A stretch of 64,000 nucleotides of DNA from Dehalococcoidia bacterium (lineage in GTDB: Bacteria > Chloroflexota > Dehalococcoidia > Bin125), in the NCBI GenBank assembly GCA_963663235.2, contig CAXXNO010000004.1, positions 704,001-768,000 of the forward strand, written 5' to 3'. Shown one piece after another: positions 40,964 to 50,684 of this stretch (position 1 is the stretch's first letter; every line of letters begins with the position of its first letter). Position numbers and translations under genes: made by a program. Under the pieces are notes generated by a model. The model worked only from the letters and a program-made list of their open reading frames with translations, was not told the DNA's origin and made no database searches.

Positions 40964-41149
40964 ATGCGCGATCAGCGTGACCGACGCCAAGGACTCGTGC
41001 CGGTTTACACCGGCGAAGGCAGAGGGAAGAGCACGGGCCGCGACGCGCCAGCGGAGCTAGTGGAGTTCGCCGACCTCATCTCGGAGGTCCGCAAGCGGAA
41101 CCTTCCGTTCGACCGGGGCATCAAAGCGCAAGCGGGGCTCGAGCTCTGA
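40964..41149 (+). pseudogene. cobO: Cob(I)alamin adenosyltransferase (CobO/BtuR) remnant with a large in-frame internal deletion
   Basis: The N-terminal P-loop GLVPVYTGEGRGKST is fused directly to the C-terminal GRDAPAELVEFADLISEV...PFDRGIKAQAGLEL; only 61 aa. Confidence 0.85.
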
Positions 41150-41155
41150 CAGCCG

Positions 41156-42247
41156 ATGAAAACGAGCGTGCACGGCACCGATCCTCAGGCGGCGGTCCCC
41201 CCGATCGGGGGACTGGACGCGCGCGCCATGGCGGCGGCACAACAACGGCTGGACCGGCTCACGAAGCCGCCGGGCTCGCTGGGGCGGCTCGAGGAGCTGG
41301 CCGTCTGGCTGGCCGGGGTGACCAAGGAAGCGCAACCACGCTTTCCGCGGAAGACGGTTGTCGTCGCGGCGGCGGACCACGGCGTCGCGGCCGCGGGCGT
41401 GAGCGCCTACCCGCAGTCGGTGACGCAGGAGATGGTGCGCAATTTCCTGCGCGGCGGCGCGGCGATCAACGTCCTGGCCCGCGCGCACGGAGCGCACGTT
41501 GTGGTGGTGGACGCGGGGCTGCGTGCGCCGGTGGAGCCGCCGGAAGGGCCGCAGCGTACGTCGTATTTCGACCGTCGCATCGGAGCGGGCACGGCCGACA
41601 TGCGCACGGCAGCGAGCATGTCCCCCGGGCAAGCCGTCGCAGCCGTGCAGGCCGGGCTGGATCTGATCCCCACGCTCCAAGAGTCCGGTCTCGACATCGT
41701 GGCGACGGGTGACATGGGCATCGGCAACACGACGGCGGCCGCGGCCATCACGGCGGCGATCACCGGCTCGGGGCCGGAGGCGGTGACGGGGCGCGGGACG
41801 GGAGTGGACGACAGAGGCCTGCGACGCAAGGTGGAAGCGGTGGAGAGCGCGTTAGCCCGGCACCGGCCCGACCCGACGGACGGCATCGACGTCCTGCACA
41901 AGGTGGGTGGATTCGAGATCGGCGTACTGGCCGGGTGCATCCTCGGCGCGGCGGCGGCCCGTATCCCCGTGGTCCTGGACGGCTTCATCAGCGCCGCCGC
42001 CGCGCTGATCGCGCAGGCGATTGCCCCGAACGCGGCTGCGTTCAGCATCGCGGCGCACCGCTCGGCCGAGCCGGGCCACGGCATCGCACTAGAGCGGCTG
42101 GGCCTGCACCCGTATCTGGACCTGGGCCTGCGACTGGGCGAAGGCACCGGCGCCGTGCTGGCCTTCGCACTGGTCGAAGACGCCTCGCGTTTGCTCGCAG
42201 AGATGGCGACGTTCGACGAAGCGAGCGTCTCCGGACCGCAGGAGTAG
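41156..42247 (+). CDS. cobT: Nicotinate-nucleotide--dimethylbenzimidazole phosphoribosyltransferase
   Basis: LTKPPGSLGRLE, ADHGV, GDMGIGNTT, LRLGEGTGA, EMATF. Confidence 0.96.
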   Translation: MKTSVHGTDPQAAVPPIGGLDARAMAAAQQRLDRLTKPPGSLGRLEELAVWLAGVTKEAQPRFPRKTVVVAAADHGVAAAGVSAYPQSVTQEMVRNFLRGGAAINVLARAHGAHVVVVDAGLRAPVEPPEGPQRTSYFDRRIGAGTADMRTAASMSPGQAVAAVQAGLDLIPTLQESGLDIVATGDMGIGNTTAAAAITAAITGSGPEAVTGRGTGVDDRGLRRKVEAVESALARHRPDPTDGIDVLHKVGGFEIGVLAGCILGAAAARIPVVLDGFISAAAALIAQAIAPNAAAFSIAAHRSAEPGHGIALERLGLHPYLDLGLRLGEGTGAVLAFALVEDASRLLAEMATFDEASVSGPQE

Positions 42248-42255
42248 TTGGACTC

Positions 42256-43083
42256 ATGGCGCGCGCGCTGGCAGGCGCACTCAAGGCGCGGCGGAAGGCG
42301 CCTTCCTGGCTCGGCTCCCCCGTCCCCGCGGTGGAGTTTCTGACCGTGCTGCGCTGGCGGCGGGCACCGTTGCACGCGAGCGACGCGGTTGCGCGCGCCC
42401 TCTGGGCGTTTCCGGTGGTCGGTCTGGTGATCGGATTGGCGATCTTCGGCGTCGAACGGGCGGGCCGCGAGTTTTTGCCAGCGCCGGGGGTCGCGGTGGT
42501 CGTGCTCATAGCGTGGGTCGTGGTGACCGGCGGGCTGCACCTGGACGGTCTGGCCGACGCCGCCGACGGACTGTTCGGCGGGCGCACCCGCGAGCAGCGG
42601 CTGACGATCATGCACGACGTCCGGACCGGGACCTGGGGAACGATCGCGGTATCACTGGCGCTGCTATCGAAGTTCGCCTTCGTGCTGGCGCTTCCGGAGG
42701 GCGGGCGGTTCGGAGCGCTGCTGCTTGCGCCGGTGGTCGGTCGTGGCCTGGTGGTGGGGGCCATGGCGGCGGCCCCGTATGCCCGTCCGGACGGGTTCGG
42801 GCGCGACCTGCATCGGACGGCCCGCTGGGCGCCAGCGCTACTCGCGGGCGCCGCGGTGCTAGGGACGGCGGTGTTCGCGTTTGGCCCCGGCACCATCATC
42901 GCGGCGCTCGCCGCGGCCGTCGTCACAGCCGCCGTCGTCGTCTACGCGCAGCGCCGGTTGGGCGGACTCACAGGCGACGTCGACGGCGCCCTGATCGAAG
43001 TCACCGAGATCGCGACGCTGCTGGCGATCAGCGCGGCGCTGGAGCGAGACTGGCTGAGCGCCTATGTCTGGGACGGCGGATAG
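42256..43083 (+). CDS. cobS: Adenosylcobinamide-GDP ribazoletransferase (cobalamin synthase)
   Basis: TGGLHLDGLADAADG, IMHDVRTG, LGGLTGDVDGA. Confidence 0.93.
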   Translation: MARALAGALKARRKAPSWLGSPVPAVEFLTVLRWRRAPLHASDAVARALWAFPVVGLVIGLAIFGVERAGREFLPAPGVAVVVLIAWVVVTGGLHLDGLADAADGLFGGRTREQRLTIMHDVRTGTWGTIAVSLALLSKFAFVLALPEGGRFGALLLAPVVGRGLVVGAMAAAPYARPDGFGRDLHRTARWAPALLAGAAVLGTAVFAFGPGTIIAALAAAVVTAAVVVYAQRRLGGLTGDVDGALIEVTEIATLLAISAALERDWLSAYVWDGG

Positions 43084-43092
43084 CAGGGGGCC

Positions 43093-43662
43093 ATGGCGGC
43101 AATCTGGCTGATCACCGGCGGCGTGCGCGCCGGCAAGAGCCGCCTCGCCGCGCGCCTGGCGGCGGAGAGTCGGGGGCCGGTCACGTACATCGCCACCGCC
43201 GAGGCGGGCGACGAGGAGATGCGCGCCCGGATCGCCGCGCATCGACGGGAGCGCCCCGAGGAATGGACGACGATCGAAGAGGCGCAGCGACTGGAGAGCG
43301 CGCTGAGGCGGGCGCCCGCCGGAACCGTCGTGGTGGACTGCCTAACGATTTGGGTCAGCAACCGCCTTCTGGCGCTGCAGCCCGACGGGTCCGCGAGCGT
43401 CGCCGACCTGAGCGCCGCGCAGCGGGTCATCGACGACGAGGTGGAGGCGGTGTTGGGCGTCGCGGCCGCGCGGGAGGGTCGTGTAGTAGTAGTGACGAAC
43501 GAGGTCGGGCAAGGGCTGATCGCCGAGTCTGTCATCGGGCGCGGGTACGTCGACACGCTGGGCCGCGTCAACCAGCGCGTCGCCGCGGCGGCCGAGCGCG
43601 TCTATCTCTGCGTCGCAGGCCTGGCCCTGGAACTCAAGTCGAGCGGGGCGGAGCCGATCTAG
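43093..43662 (+). CDS. cobU: Bifunctional adenosylcobinamide kinase / guanylyltransferase (CobU/CobP)
   Basis: TGGVRAGKS, YIATA, RIAAHRRER, VDCLTIW, VTNEVG. Confidence 0.95.
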   Translation: MAAIWLITGGVRAGKSRLAARLAAESRGPVTYIATAEAGDEEMRARIAAHRRERPEEWTTIEEAQRLESALRRAPAGTVVVDCLTIWVSNRLLALQPDGSASVADLSAAQRVIDDEVEAVLGVAAAREGRVVVVTNEVGQGLIAESVIGRGYVDTLGRVNQRVAAAAERVYLCVAGLALELKSSGAEPI

Positions 43663-44444
43663 TGGGGCTTCACGGCGCGGAAGGTCACGCCGCGAGTATC
43701 GAACTCCTTGGCGTCGGATTCGTGCTTGGAGCCGGAGAACACATCGATCTGCGGTCCCCACTCCAGGCCGACGAATCCCGCGTGATCCAGCACCCAACGC
43801 CACTCTGCTTCCAACAGAGCGCCGGCAATTCAGCCGGACCAAAGTTCGATGTCGTCCTTGGCGTCCTGCGGGAGCTCCTGGTGGACCAGGATGTCCGCGA
43901 TCTGGATGTGGCCGCCGGGCTTGAGGACGCGCGCGATCTCGCCCATCACGGCGACCTTGTCCGGACAGAGATTGATGACGCCGTTGCTGATGACCACATC
44001 CACGGACGCGTCCTCGGCCGGCAGATCCTCGGCGAAGCCCTCCCGCAGCTCGACATTCCGCAGACCGAGCGTCGCCGCTCCAGCGCGGGCCTTGTCCAGC
44101 ATCGCCGGGGTCATGTCCACGCCGATCACGCGCCCCGCCTGCCCCACCTGTCGAGCAGCCAGCAGGGTGTCGAGCCCCGCGCCGCAGCCAAGGTCCAGGA
44201 CCACGGCGCCCTCGGCAAGCCGGCCTATGGCCAGTGGGTTCCCGGTCCCCGCGAAGGACTCAACGGTCGCGGCCGGGAGTGAGTCGATGGCCGCGGAGTC
44301 GTAGCCGAGCATGGCGGTCAACGGCAGCCCAGTGTGGAAGTGGAAGCCCTGTTCGGGCTCCGTGGCCACGTCCGTGTACTTGTCCTGAATATTGCCGCGC
44401 AGCACGTCGCGGGAGACGGCAGCGGGTTTTACCAACTGGACCAT
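43659..44444 (-). CDS. ArsM-like SAM-dependent methyltransferase, probable selenoprotein (Sec at UGA 43830-43832)
   Basis: LDLGCGAG, ISNGVINLCPDK; LWSG-TGA-IAGAL occupies the WxGCIAGA Cys motif; the frame continues to TAG at 43659-43661. Confidence 0.9.
43801..43821 (-). promoter_or_regulatory. SECIS-like hairpin of the ArsM-like gene
   Basis: CGCUCUGUU-GGA-AGCAGAGUG stem-loop; the G-starting apical loop lies 17 nt after the UGA. Confidence 0.7.
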
Positions 44445-44514
44445 TGGATCCCTCCCCGATCACCTCTTGTCGAGCGATTATCGCACGTGTCATCCGGCCC
44501 GCGCGGGAGATCGG

Positions 44515-45756
44515 TCACAGCCAGCGCCAGAGCCAGCGCTGTCCCTGGGCCGTGCGCTGCCACAGATCCATGGCGCGAAACGCCTGGGCGGAGACGCTGG
44601 GCCGCGCGGCGATGGCAGCCAGCCAGGCCTTTTCGAACAGCACCTTATTCATGTGCCAGGAGCGCGTCGGTGGCTCCAGAGTCATGGCCGGCTCCGGATC
44701 CTGGAGGAAGTTGCCGCTGCCGTACGCGGCCTTACCGCCGCCGATTTCCACGAAGCAGGCGCCCCAGCCGCCGAACTCCGCTGCCGCCTCTTTGCCCTCA
44801 ATCTCGGCCGCGATCCGCCGGGCGACGACCGCGGCTTCCTCATGGGCGAAGACGCCGGCCTTGGGCAGCATCATGCCGTTGGAGAGCTTGATCGCCGCTA
44901 CATCACCGATGGCGTAGACGTTGTCGGCGCCCGTGCGGAGCGTTCTTGCGTCCACCGGGATCCAGCCGCCGGCGCCAGCCAGCGACGATTCGCCGACAGG
45001 CGTGGGGCTGCGGTGCGCGGGGACGTAGACGAGGAGATCGAACCCGGCCCGGCTGCCGTCCTGGAACTCCAGTTGACGGCTCTGCGGATCGACGTTGGCC
45101 AGCTTTGCGTCGAGTGTATAGGCGATGCGGCGTTCTTCCAAGATGCTTTGAAGCGCCTGCCCGACGGCGGGCCCGGCGACGGGCATCGGCTGGGGCTCCG
45201 GAGTGAACAGGGAAAGAGTGACGCGATCGCGAACGCCGCGCTTGCGGAACCCGGTGTCGAGCAAGAGCGCGGTCTCATACGGAGCCGCCGGGCACCTAAA
45301 CGGGAGGTCGGCGATTACGACCGCTACCGAGCCGCCGTCCAGTTCCCGCCATGCCGAGTGAAGCCGCTGCGCGCCGTCCAGCGTGTAGGGCGTCAGCCCC
45401 GCCGCCGCGAGCGCCGGGGTCTCATCGGTAGCGAGGGCAGCGCCGAGCGCGACGACCAGGTAGTCGTATGACAGCGAGCCGTTGTCCGTCCGGATAGTGC
45501 GGCCTGAAGGGTCGATGGCCTCGACGGCGGCTTGGCGGAACTCGATGCCTTTCTCGCGCAGTGGCGACAACGAGCGCGTGATCTGGGCCGGCTTCCGCCA
45601 GCCCATCATGACCCACAAGTAGGACGCTTGGAACCGGTGCTCGGCTTCGCGGTCGACGAGGACGATGCGGTGCCGGCGCTCCAGTCTCCGCCGTAATTCA
45701 TGAGCGGCGACCAGACCGCCGATCCCCGCCCCCAAGATGACGACCGTTGCGGCCAC
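44515..45756 (-). CDS. Sulfide:quinone oxidoreductase / FCSD-like FAD-dependent oxidoreductase
   Basis: GAGIGG, YDYLVVALG, FRCPAAPYE, AIGDV, LPKAGVFAH, GACFVEIG. Confidence 0.88.
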   Translation of the reverse strand: MAATVVILGAGIGGLVAAHELRRRLERRHRIVLVDREAEHRFQASYLWVMMGWRKPAQITRSLSPLREKGIEFRQAAVEAIDPSGRTIRTDNGSLSYDYLVVALGAALATDETPALAAAGLTPYTLDGAQRLHSAWRELDGGSVAVVIADLPFRCPAAPYETALLLDTGFRKRGVRDRVTLSLFTPEPQPMPVAGPAVGQALQSILEERRIAYTLDAKLANVDPQSRQLEFQDGSRAGFDLLVYVPAHRSPTPVGESSLAGAGGWIPVDARTLRTGADNVYAIGDVAAIKLSNGMMLPKAGVFAHEEAAVVARRIAAEIEGKEAAAEFGGWGACFVEIGGGKAAYGSGNFLQDPEPAMTLEPPTRSWHMNKVLFEKAWLAAIAARPSVSAQAFRAMDLWQRTAQGQRWLWRWL

Positions 45757-45888
45757 CAGACGTACCTCGTTGCGCAGTTTACGCCGATCGCCTCAAGGCA
45801 CGTCTTTGGGCTTCGGAGATCGCGCCGAGGTTCGTTGCCCGGTCGCGCGTCCGGCCTTTGCCCCCACTTCGGCGCTGCGCCCCGCGGC

Positions 45889-47181
45889 TCAGCCGGCGCG
45901 GCCGAACGCGCCCAGGGCCCCGAGGAGCACGCCCCGAGCAGCCGCGGTTCCGGGCTCGCGGCGCAGCTGTTCCAGGATGCCCAGGTCGTCGCGCTTGACA
46001 GCGCCGCCCTGCACGACGCCCACCACGCCGGTCTGCGTCAGGCGGATGTCCGCGAGCGGGTCTCCGTCCACGATCACGAAGTCGGCGAGCTTGCCCTCCG
46101 CCACGCTGCCGACCTCATTGTCGATGCGGACGGCGCGGGCGGCGTCGAGCGTACCGCTGGTGATGGCCTGCATGGGGCTCATGCCGCAGCGGACGTGGCA
46201 GTCCAACTCCAGGAGGTTATCGCCGTGGAGGCGGGCTTCGTTGCCGCCGCAGTCCGAGCCCATGGCGATGTTCACGCCCAACTCGACGGCCATGCTGTGG
46301 CGCTGGAAGATCGCCTCTTCATCGTCCTGCATCATGACGGCCCAGGGCATCTCCAGCCCGGCGCCCTTGTGGATAATGTCCACCACGTTGCCGAGCGTCG
46401 GGATGAGGTACGTCCCGTGCTGGATCATGGTGCGGCAGTTCTCCTCCGAGATGTACCAGCCGTGTTCGATGGTTTCCGCGCCGCCGGTCACGAGGTTGTT
46501 GATGCCGTCGTGGCCCATGGCGTGGGCGGCCGTGCGCCGGCCGAGCCGCTTGGCCTCGCCCATAGCGGCGGCGGCCTCCTCAGGGGTGTACTGCGGGCTC
46601 CACCAATCGCCGCAGGTCTCCGGCCCGTCGGAGCTGACGACCTTGACCACGTCCACATTGTTCTCCACCAGATAGCGGACGCGGCGGATGACCGCGTCCA
46701 CGCCGTCGGCGCCGTGGCCCGGCTGCCAGAACGACCCGTGGCCGCCGCTCATCCAGACCCCGGGACCCGCGGCGAGCATGCGGGGCCCCTGAATCTGGCC
46801 CGCGGCCTGCGCCCGCTTCATGGCGACATCGATGAAGTCGCGGGCGCCGATCTCTCGCGCCGAGGTGACGCCGACGTGCAGCGTCTTGGCAGCGGCCTCC
46901 ACGGAGTCGAGCACGGCTTTGATAATCGGGTCGCCGATCTTGAAGCTGGTGTACTCATCGCCGTGGCCGATCTGGTTGTCGCCGCCGATCATGTGGTCGT
47001 GCAGGTCGATGAAGCCGGGCAGGAGGGCCCGCCCTTCGAGGTCGACCACAACGTCGGCGGCGAGGTCGCCGCCACGCGTATTAACGGAGGCGATGCGCCC
47101 GTTCTCGACGAGAACGGCGGCGCTGTCGAAGTCGCGTCCGTCGCCGGTGATGAGATGCGCGCGAATGAAGGCCGTAGACAT
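45889..47181 (-). CDS. Metal-dependent amidohydrolase (prolidase-like)
   Basis: PGFIDLHDH, SGGHG, AAHA, TIEHG, MGSD, GKLADFVIVDGDPL. Confidence 0.92.
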   Translation of the reverse strand: MSTAFIRAHLITGDGRDFDSAAVLVENGRIASVNTRGGDLAADVVVDLEGRALLPGFIDLHDHMIGGDNQIGHGDEYTSFKIGDPIIKAVLDSVEAAAKTLHVGVTSAREIGARDFIDVAMKRAQAAGQIQGPRMLAAGPGVWMSGGHGSFWQPGHGADGVDAVIRRVRYLVENNVDVVKVVSSDGPETCGDWWSPQYTPEEAAAAMGEAKRLGRRTAAHAMGHDGINNLVTGGAETIEHGWYISEENCRTMIQHGTYLIPTLGNVVDIIHKGAGLEMPWAVMMQDDEEAIFQRHSMAVELGVNIAMGSDCGGNEARLHGDNLLELDCHVRCGMSPMQAITSGTLDAARAVRIDNEVGSVAEGKLADFVIVDGDPLADIRLTQTGVVGVVQGGAVKRDDLGILEQLRREPGTAAARGVLLGALGAFGRAG

Positions 47182-47348
47182 TCCGGATCCTTTCCCAGTC
47201 GCAGTGGCCGAGCGGCACAGAAACGCGCCCGGATTCTAGGTCATGGCGGCGGGTGCAGCTGAGGAGCGTCCGGCGTGGATGGGAGCGTCGGTGCGGCGCG
47301 GGGGTCGCCGCGCGCGAGGCGAGTGGACGGAGAGGGCGCAGGCCCAGC

Positions 47349-48017
47349 TTAGATGGCGGCGGCCTCTTGGCCGGCGGCTCCGTCGTCGGCGAGGACGAGG
47401 TGGCCCAGCTTGGCCCGCTTGGTTTCGAGGTAGCGCAGGCTCTGCGGGTTGGGCGGGGTCAGGAGGGGGAGGCGCTGGGCCACGTGCACGCCGGACGTCT
47501 CCAGAGCCGCGCACTTGGCCGGGTTGTTCGTCAGGAGGCGGACGCGGTCGATGCCGAGATCCCGCAAGATCAGCGCAGCGACGTGATAGTCGCGGGGATC
47601 GGCAGGGAAGCCCAGCGCGTGGTTGGCCTCCACCGTATCGAGGCCGCCGTCCTGGAGAGCGTAGGCGCGGATCTTGTTGAGCAGGCCGATGCCCCGGCCC
47701 TCCTGCGGCATGTAGATCAAGACGCCACCCGCGGACGCCGCGAGATACGCCAGCGCGGCCTCCATCTGGTCGCCGCAGTCGCAGCGGACGGAGCCCAGCA
47801 CATCGCCGGTGACGCACTGCGAATGGAGGCGGACCAAGGCGGGCACCGCGGTCGAAATCTCGCCCGCGCACAGGGCGAGGTAGGCCTCCGGCTCGCCGTC
47901 GGCCTGGTAGGCGGCGACGCGGAAGCGCCCGAAGCGCGTGGGCAGCACGGCCTCGGCCACGCGCGTGACAGTGCGGCTATCGGTCTGGGCCGAGAGCGGC
48001 AGGGTGGGGTTGGGCAC
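47349..48017 (-). CDS. ribA: GTP cyclohydrolase II
   Basis: VRLHSQCVTGDVLGSVRCDCG, QEGRGIGL, LLTNNP. Confidence 0.95.
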   Translation of the reverse strand: MPNPTLPLSAQTDSRTVTRVAEAVLPTRFGRFRVAAYQADGEPEAYLALCAGEISTAVPALVRLHSQCVTGDVLGSVRCDCGDQMEAALAYLAASAGGVLIYMPQEGRGIGLLNKIRAYALQDGGLDTVEANHALGFPADPRDYHVAALILRDLGIDRVRLLTNNPAKCAALETSGVHVAQRLPLLTPPNPQSLRYLETKRAKLGHLVLADDGAAGQEAAAI

Positions 48018-48024
48018 GGAGCGA

Positions 48025-50532
48025 CTATCGACGCGCAACGCCCACCCCCGAGGAACTGTCAGCCGAACGGACCGGCACCGCGGCGCCCGAGTCCTTCGCA
48101 CGCCGCTCGTAGCGCTTGCTGGGCGTCATCACGATCTGCGTGAGGGGCTCCGCGGCGAGCGACGCCTGCCTGCGCTCCGGAGGAACCGGGCCGTAGAGCG
48201 TCGTGCGCTGGAGCGGTACCCGGCCGACGGATCGGATCAACTCCTCCATCTCCGCGGGCGGGAGCTCCTGGCCGTGCGCGGCGCCAGCGGCGCGGGAGAT
48301 GCTTTCGTTCATGAGGGTGCCGCCGAGGTCGTTCACACCCGCGCGGAGGCAGGCGGCGACGCCCTGCGGCCCCAGCTTCACCCAGGAGGCCTGCACGCTG
48401 CCGAACTCCGGATGGAGGGTCAGCCGCGCGACGGCGTGCATGAGCACCGCCTCGCGGAACGTGGGGCCGCGTCGTGCGCGTCCCTTGAGGTAGACCGGCG
48501 CTTCCATGTGCACGAAGGGGAGGGGGACAAACTCCGTGAAGCCGCCGGTGCGCGCCTGGAGCGCCTTGAGGCGCAGCAAGTGTCGAGCCCAGGAGATGGG
48601 CTGCTCCATGTGGCCGTACATGATCGTGGCCGTGGTGCGGAAGCCGACGGCGTGGGCCGTTTCCATGACCTGCAGCCACTGAGCGGAGTTGATCTTGTCG
48701 GGGCAGAGGGTGGCGCGGACTTCATCGTCCAGGATCTCGGCGGCGGTGCCGGGCAGGGTGCCCAAGCCGACGTCGCGGAGCCGCTGGAGAAAGTCGGAGA
48801 GACTCTCCTTCACCGTCTCCGCCCCCTGCCAAACCTCGAGAGGCGAGAAGGCGTGGACGTGCATGCCGGGGACGGCATCCTTCACGGCGCGGCAGATGTT
48901 CAAGTACGTCTCGCCCGTGTAGTCGGGGTGGATGCCGCCCTGCATGCAGACCTCGGTGGCGCCGCGCAGCCAGGCCTCGCGGGTGCGGCGGACGATCTCC
49001 TCGATGTCCAGGTCGTAGGGAGTGCCGCGGAGATTCTCGCTGAGCTTGCCCTTGGAGAAGGCGCAGAACTGGCAGCGGAAGTAGCAGATGTTGGTGTAGT
49101 TGATGTTGCGGTTCACGACGTAGGTGACGGTGTCGCCGTTGACGCGGCGGCGGAGGTCGTCGGCCGCGTCGCAGACGGCGAAGAAGTCGTCGCCGCGAGC
49201 GCGGAAGAGGCGCACGATATCGGCTTCGTCGAGGGGCGCGCCGGCCGCCGCCTTGTCGAGCAGGCCGCGGACCTGCGGCGTGACGGCGCCGCCAGCGCTC
49301 GACGGCCGACGGTCCGCGATCAGGAGGTCGGAAGGCGGCGCCACCGTGTGGTCGCCGGGTGACCAGGGATCGACGCGGGCGAAGCCGTCGGTGTCGATGG
49401 CGCGGATCACGGGGGTGACGAGGTCGGGGTCGAGCCAGCGGTCCGCGTCGACGGCGTAAGCGGGATAGACGGCAAGGCGCTCGGTGAGCAGCTTGCCGGT
49501 CGTGGCGGTGCGCTGCTGGAGTTCCTGCAAATGGGGCCAGGGCGCCTCGGGGTTCACGTGGTCCGGGGTGACGGGGGAGACGCCGCCCCAGTCGTTGATG
49601 CCCGCGGCGATCAGGCGTGCATAGGCGTCCGGGGTGAGGTTGGGGGGCGCCTGAATGTTCATCTCCGGACCGAAGACGATGCGTGCCACGGCGACCGTCC
49701 ACAGCAGATCGTGGAGGTCCGGTTCGGGCGCGTCCGCCATCTTGGTGTCCGGCTTGGCGCGGAAGTTCTGGACGATGATCTCCTGGATGTGCCCGAACTC
49801 CTGATGCAGATCACGGAGGGCGAGAAGGGAGTCGATGCGCTCGCGGCGGGTCTCGCCGATGCCGATCAAGATCCCGGACGTAAACGGCACCTGCTGCTCG
49901 CCGGCGGCGCGCATCGTTTCCAAACGCAGGGCGGGGCGCTTATCGGGGGAGCCGTGATGCACGCCGCCGGGCCGGCAGAGCCGGTCCGAGAGGCTCTCCA
50001 GCATGATCCCCTGGGAGACGGAGACCGCGCGCAGAGCGGCGATCTCATCGGCGGAGACGACGCCGGGGTTGGCGTGGGGAAACAGACCGGTCTCGCGCAA
50101 GACGAGGCGAGACATGTCCACCAAGTAATCGATGGTGGTGTCATGGCCGAGCGCGGCCAGTTCGGTGCGCGCGACCTTGTAGCGTCGCTCCGGCTTGTCG
50201 CCGAGCGTGAAGAGGGCCTCCTTGCAGCCCGCGGCCGCCCCGGCTTGGGCGATGGCGAGCACTTGGTCCGCGGTGAGATAGGCCCGCTGTCCGCGCTTGG
50301 GTGGCTGGGCGAACGTGCAGTAATGGCAGACGTCCCGGCAGAGTTGCGTGAGCGGGATGAACACCTTGCGCGAGTAAGAGACGACGTTGCCGTGCGCGGT
50401 ATCGCGCAGGCCGGCCGCCACCGGCAAGAGGGCCGCCAGATCGGACTCATCCGCCAAGGCGCGGGCTTGGTGTGGGGTAGGGAGGTGTCCGTCCCGCACG
50501 GCAGCGAGGAGGGACTCCGTTCCAGGCAGCAT
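48025..50532 (-). CDS. fbiC: Bifunctional FO synthase (CofG-CofH fusion) for F420 biosynthesis
   Basis: Two radical-SAM motifs, CRDVCHYC and CYFRCQFC; SYSRKVFIPLT; NDLGGTLMNESISRAAG. Confidence 0.95.
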   Translation of the reverse strand: MLPGTESLLAAVRDGHLPTPHQARALADESDLAALLPVAAGLRDTAHGNVVSYSRKVFIPLTQLCRDVCHYCTFAQPPKRGQRAYLTADQVLAIAQAGAAAGCKEALFTLGDKPERRYKVARTELAALGHDTTIDYLVDMSRLVLRETGLFPHANPGVVSADEIAALRAVSVSQGIMLESLSDRLCRPGGVHHGSPDKRPALRLETMRAAGEQQVPFTSGILIGIGETRRERIDSLLALRDLHQEFGHIQEIIVQNFRAKPDTKMADAPEPDLHDLLWTVAVARIVFGPEMNIQAPPNLTPDAYARLIAAGINDWGGVSPVTPDHVNPEAPWPHLQELQQRTATTGKLLTERLAVYPAYAVDADRWLDPDLVTPVIRAIDTDGFARVDPWSPGDHTVAPPSDLLIADRRPSSAGGAVTPQVRGLLDKAAAGAPLDEADIVRLFRARGDDFFAVCDAADDLRRRVNGDTVTYVVNRNINYTNICYFRCQFCAFSKGKLSENLRGTPYDLDIEEIVRRTREAWLRGATEVCMQGGIHPDYTGETYLNICRAVKDAVPGMHVHAFSPLEVWQGAETVKESLSDFLQRLRDVGLGTLPGTAAEILDDEVRATLCPDKINSAQWLQVMETAHAVGFRTTATIMYGHMEQPISWARHLLRLKALQARTGGFTEFVPLPFVHMEAPVYLKGRARRGPTFREAVLMHAVARLTLHPEFGSVQASWVKLGPQGVAACLRAGVNDLGGTLMNESISRAAGAAHGQELPPAEMEELIRSVGRVPLQRTTLYGPVPPERRQASLAAEPLTQIVMTPSKRYERRAKDSGAAVPVRSADSSSGVGVARR

Positions 50533-50684
50533 CGCGTCGGCTCCATCCTCCGGCCGGCCGCGCCCGGGGCGGCTCGATACGGTTCTGAGTTGCATGCCAA
50601 TAGCTAGTGTTATAGTGGAACGCGGTTGACGAAGGCAAGAGCCCCGGCGACGAGGGGGCCGAGCAGTCGACGGGAGCGAGCGGG

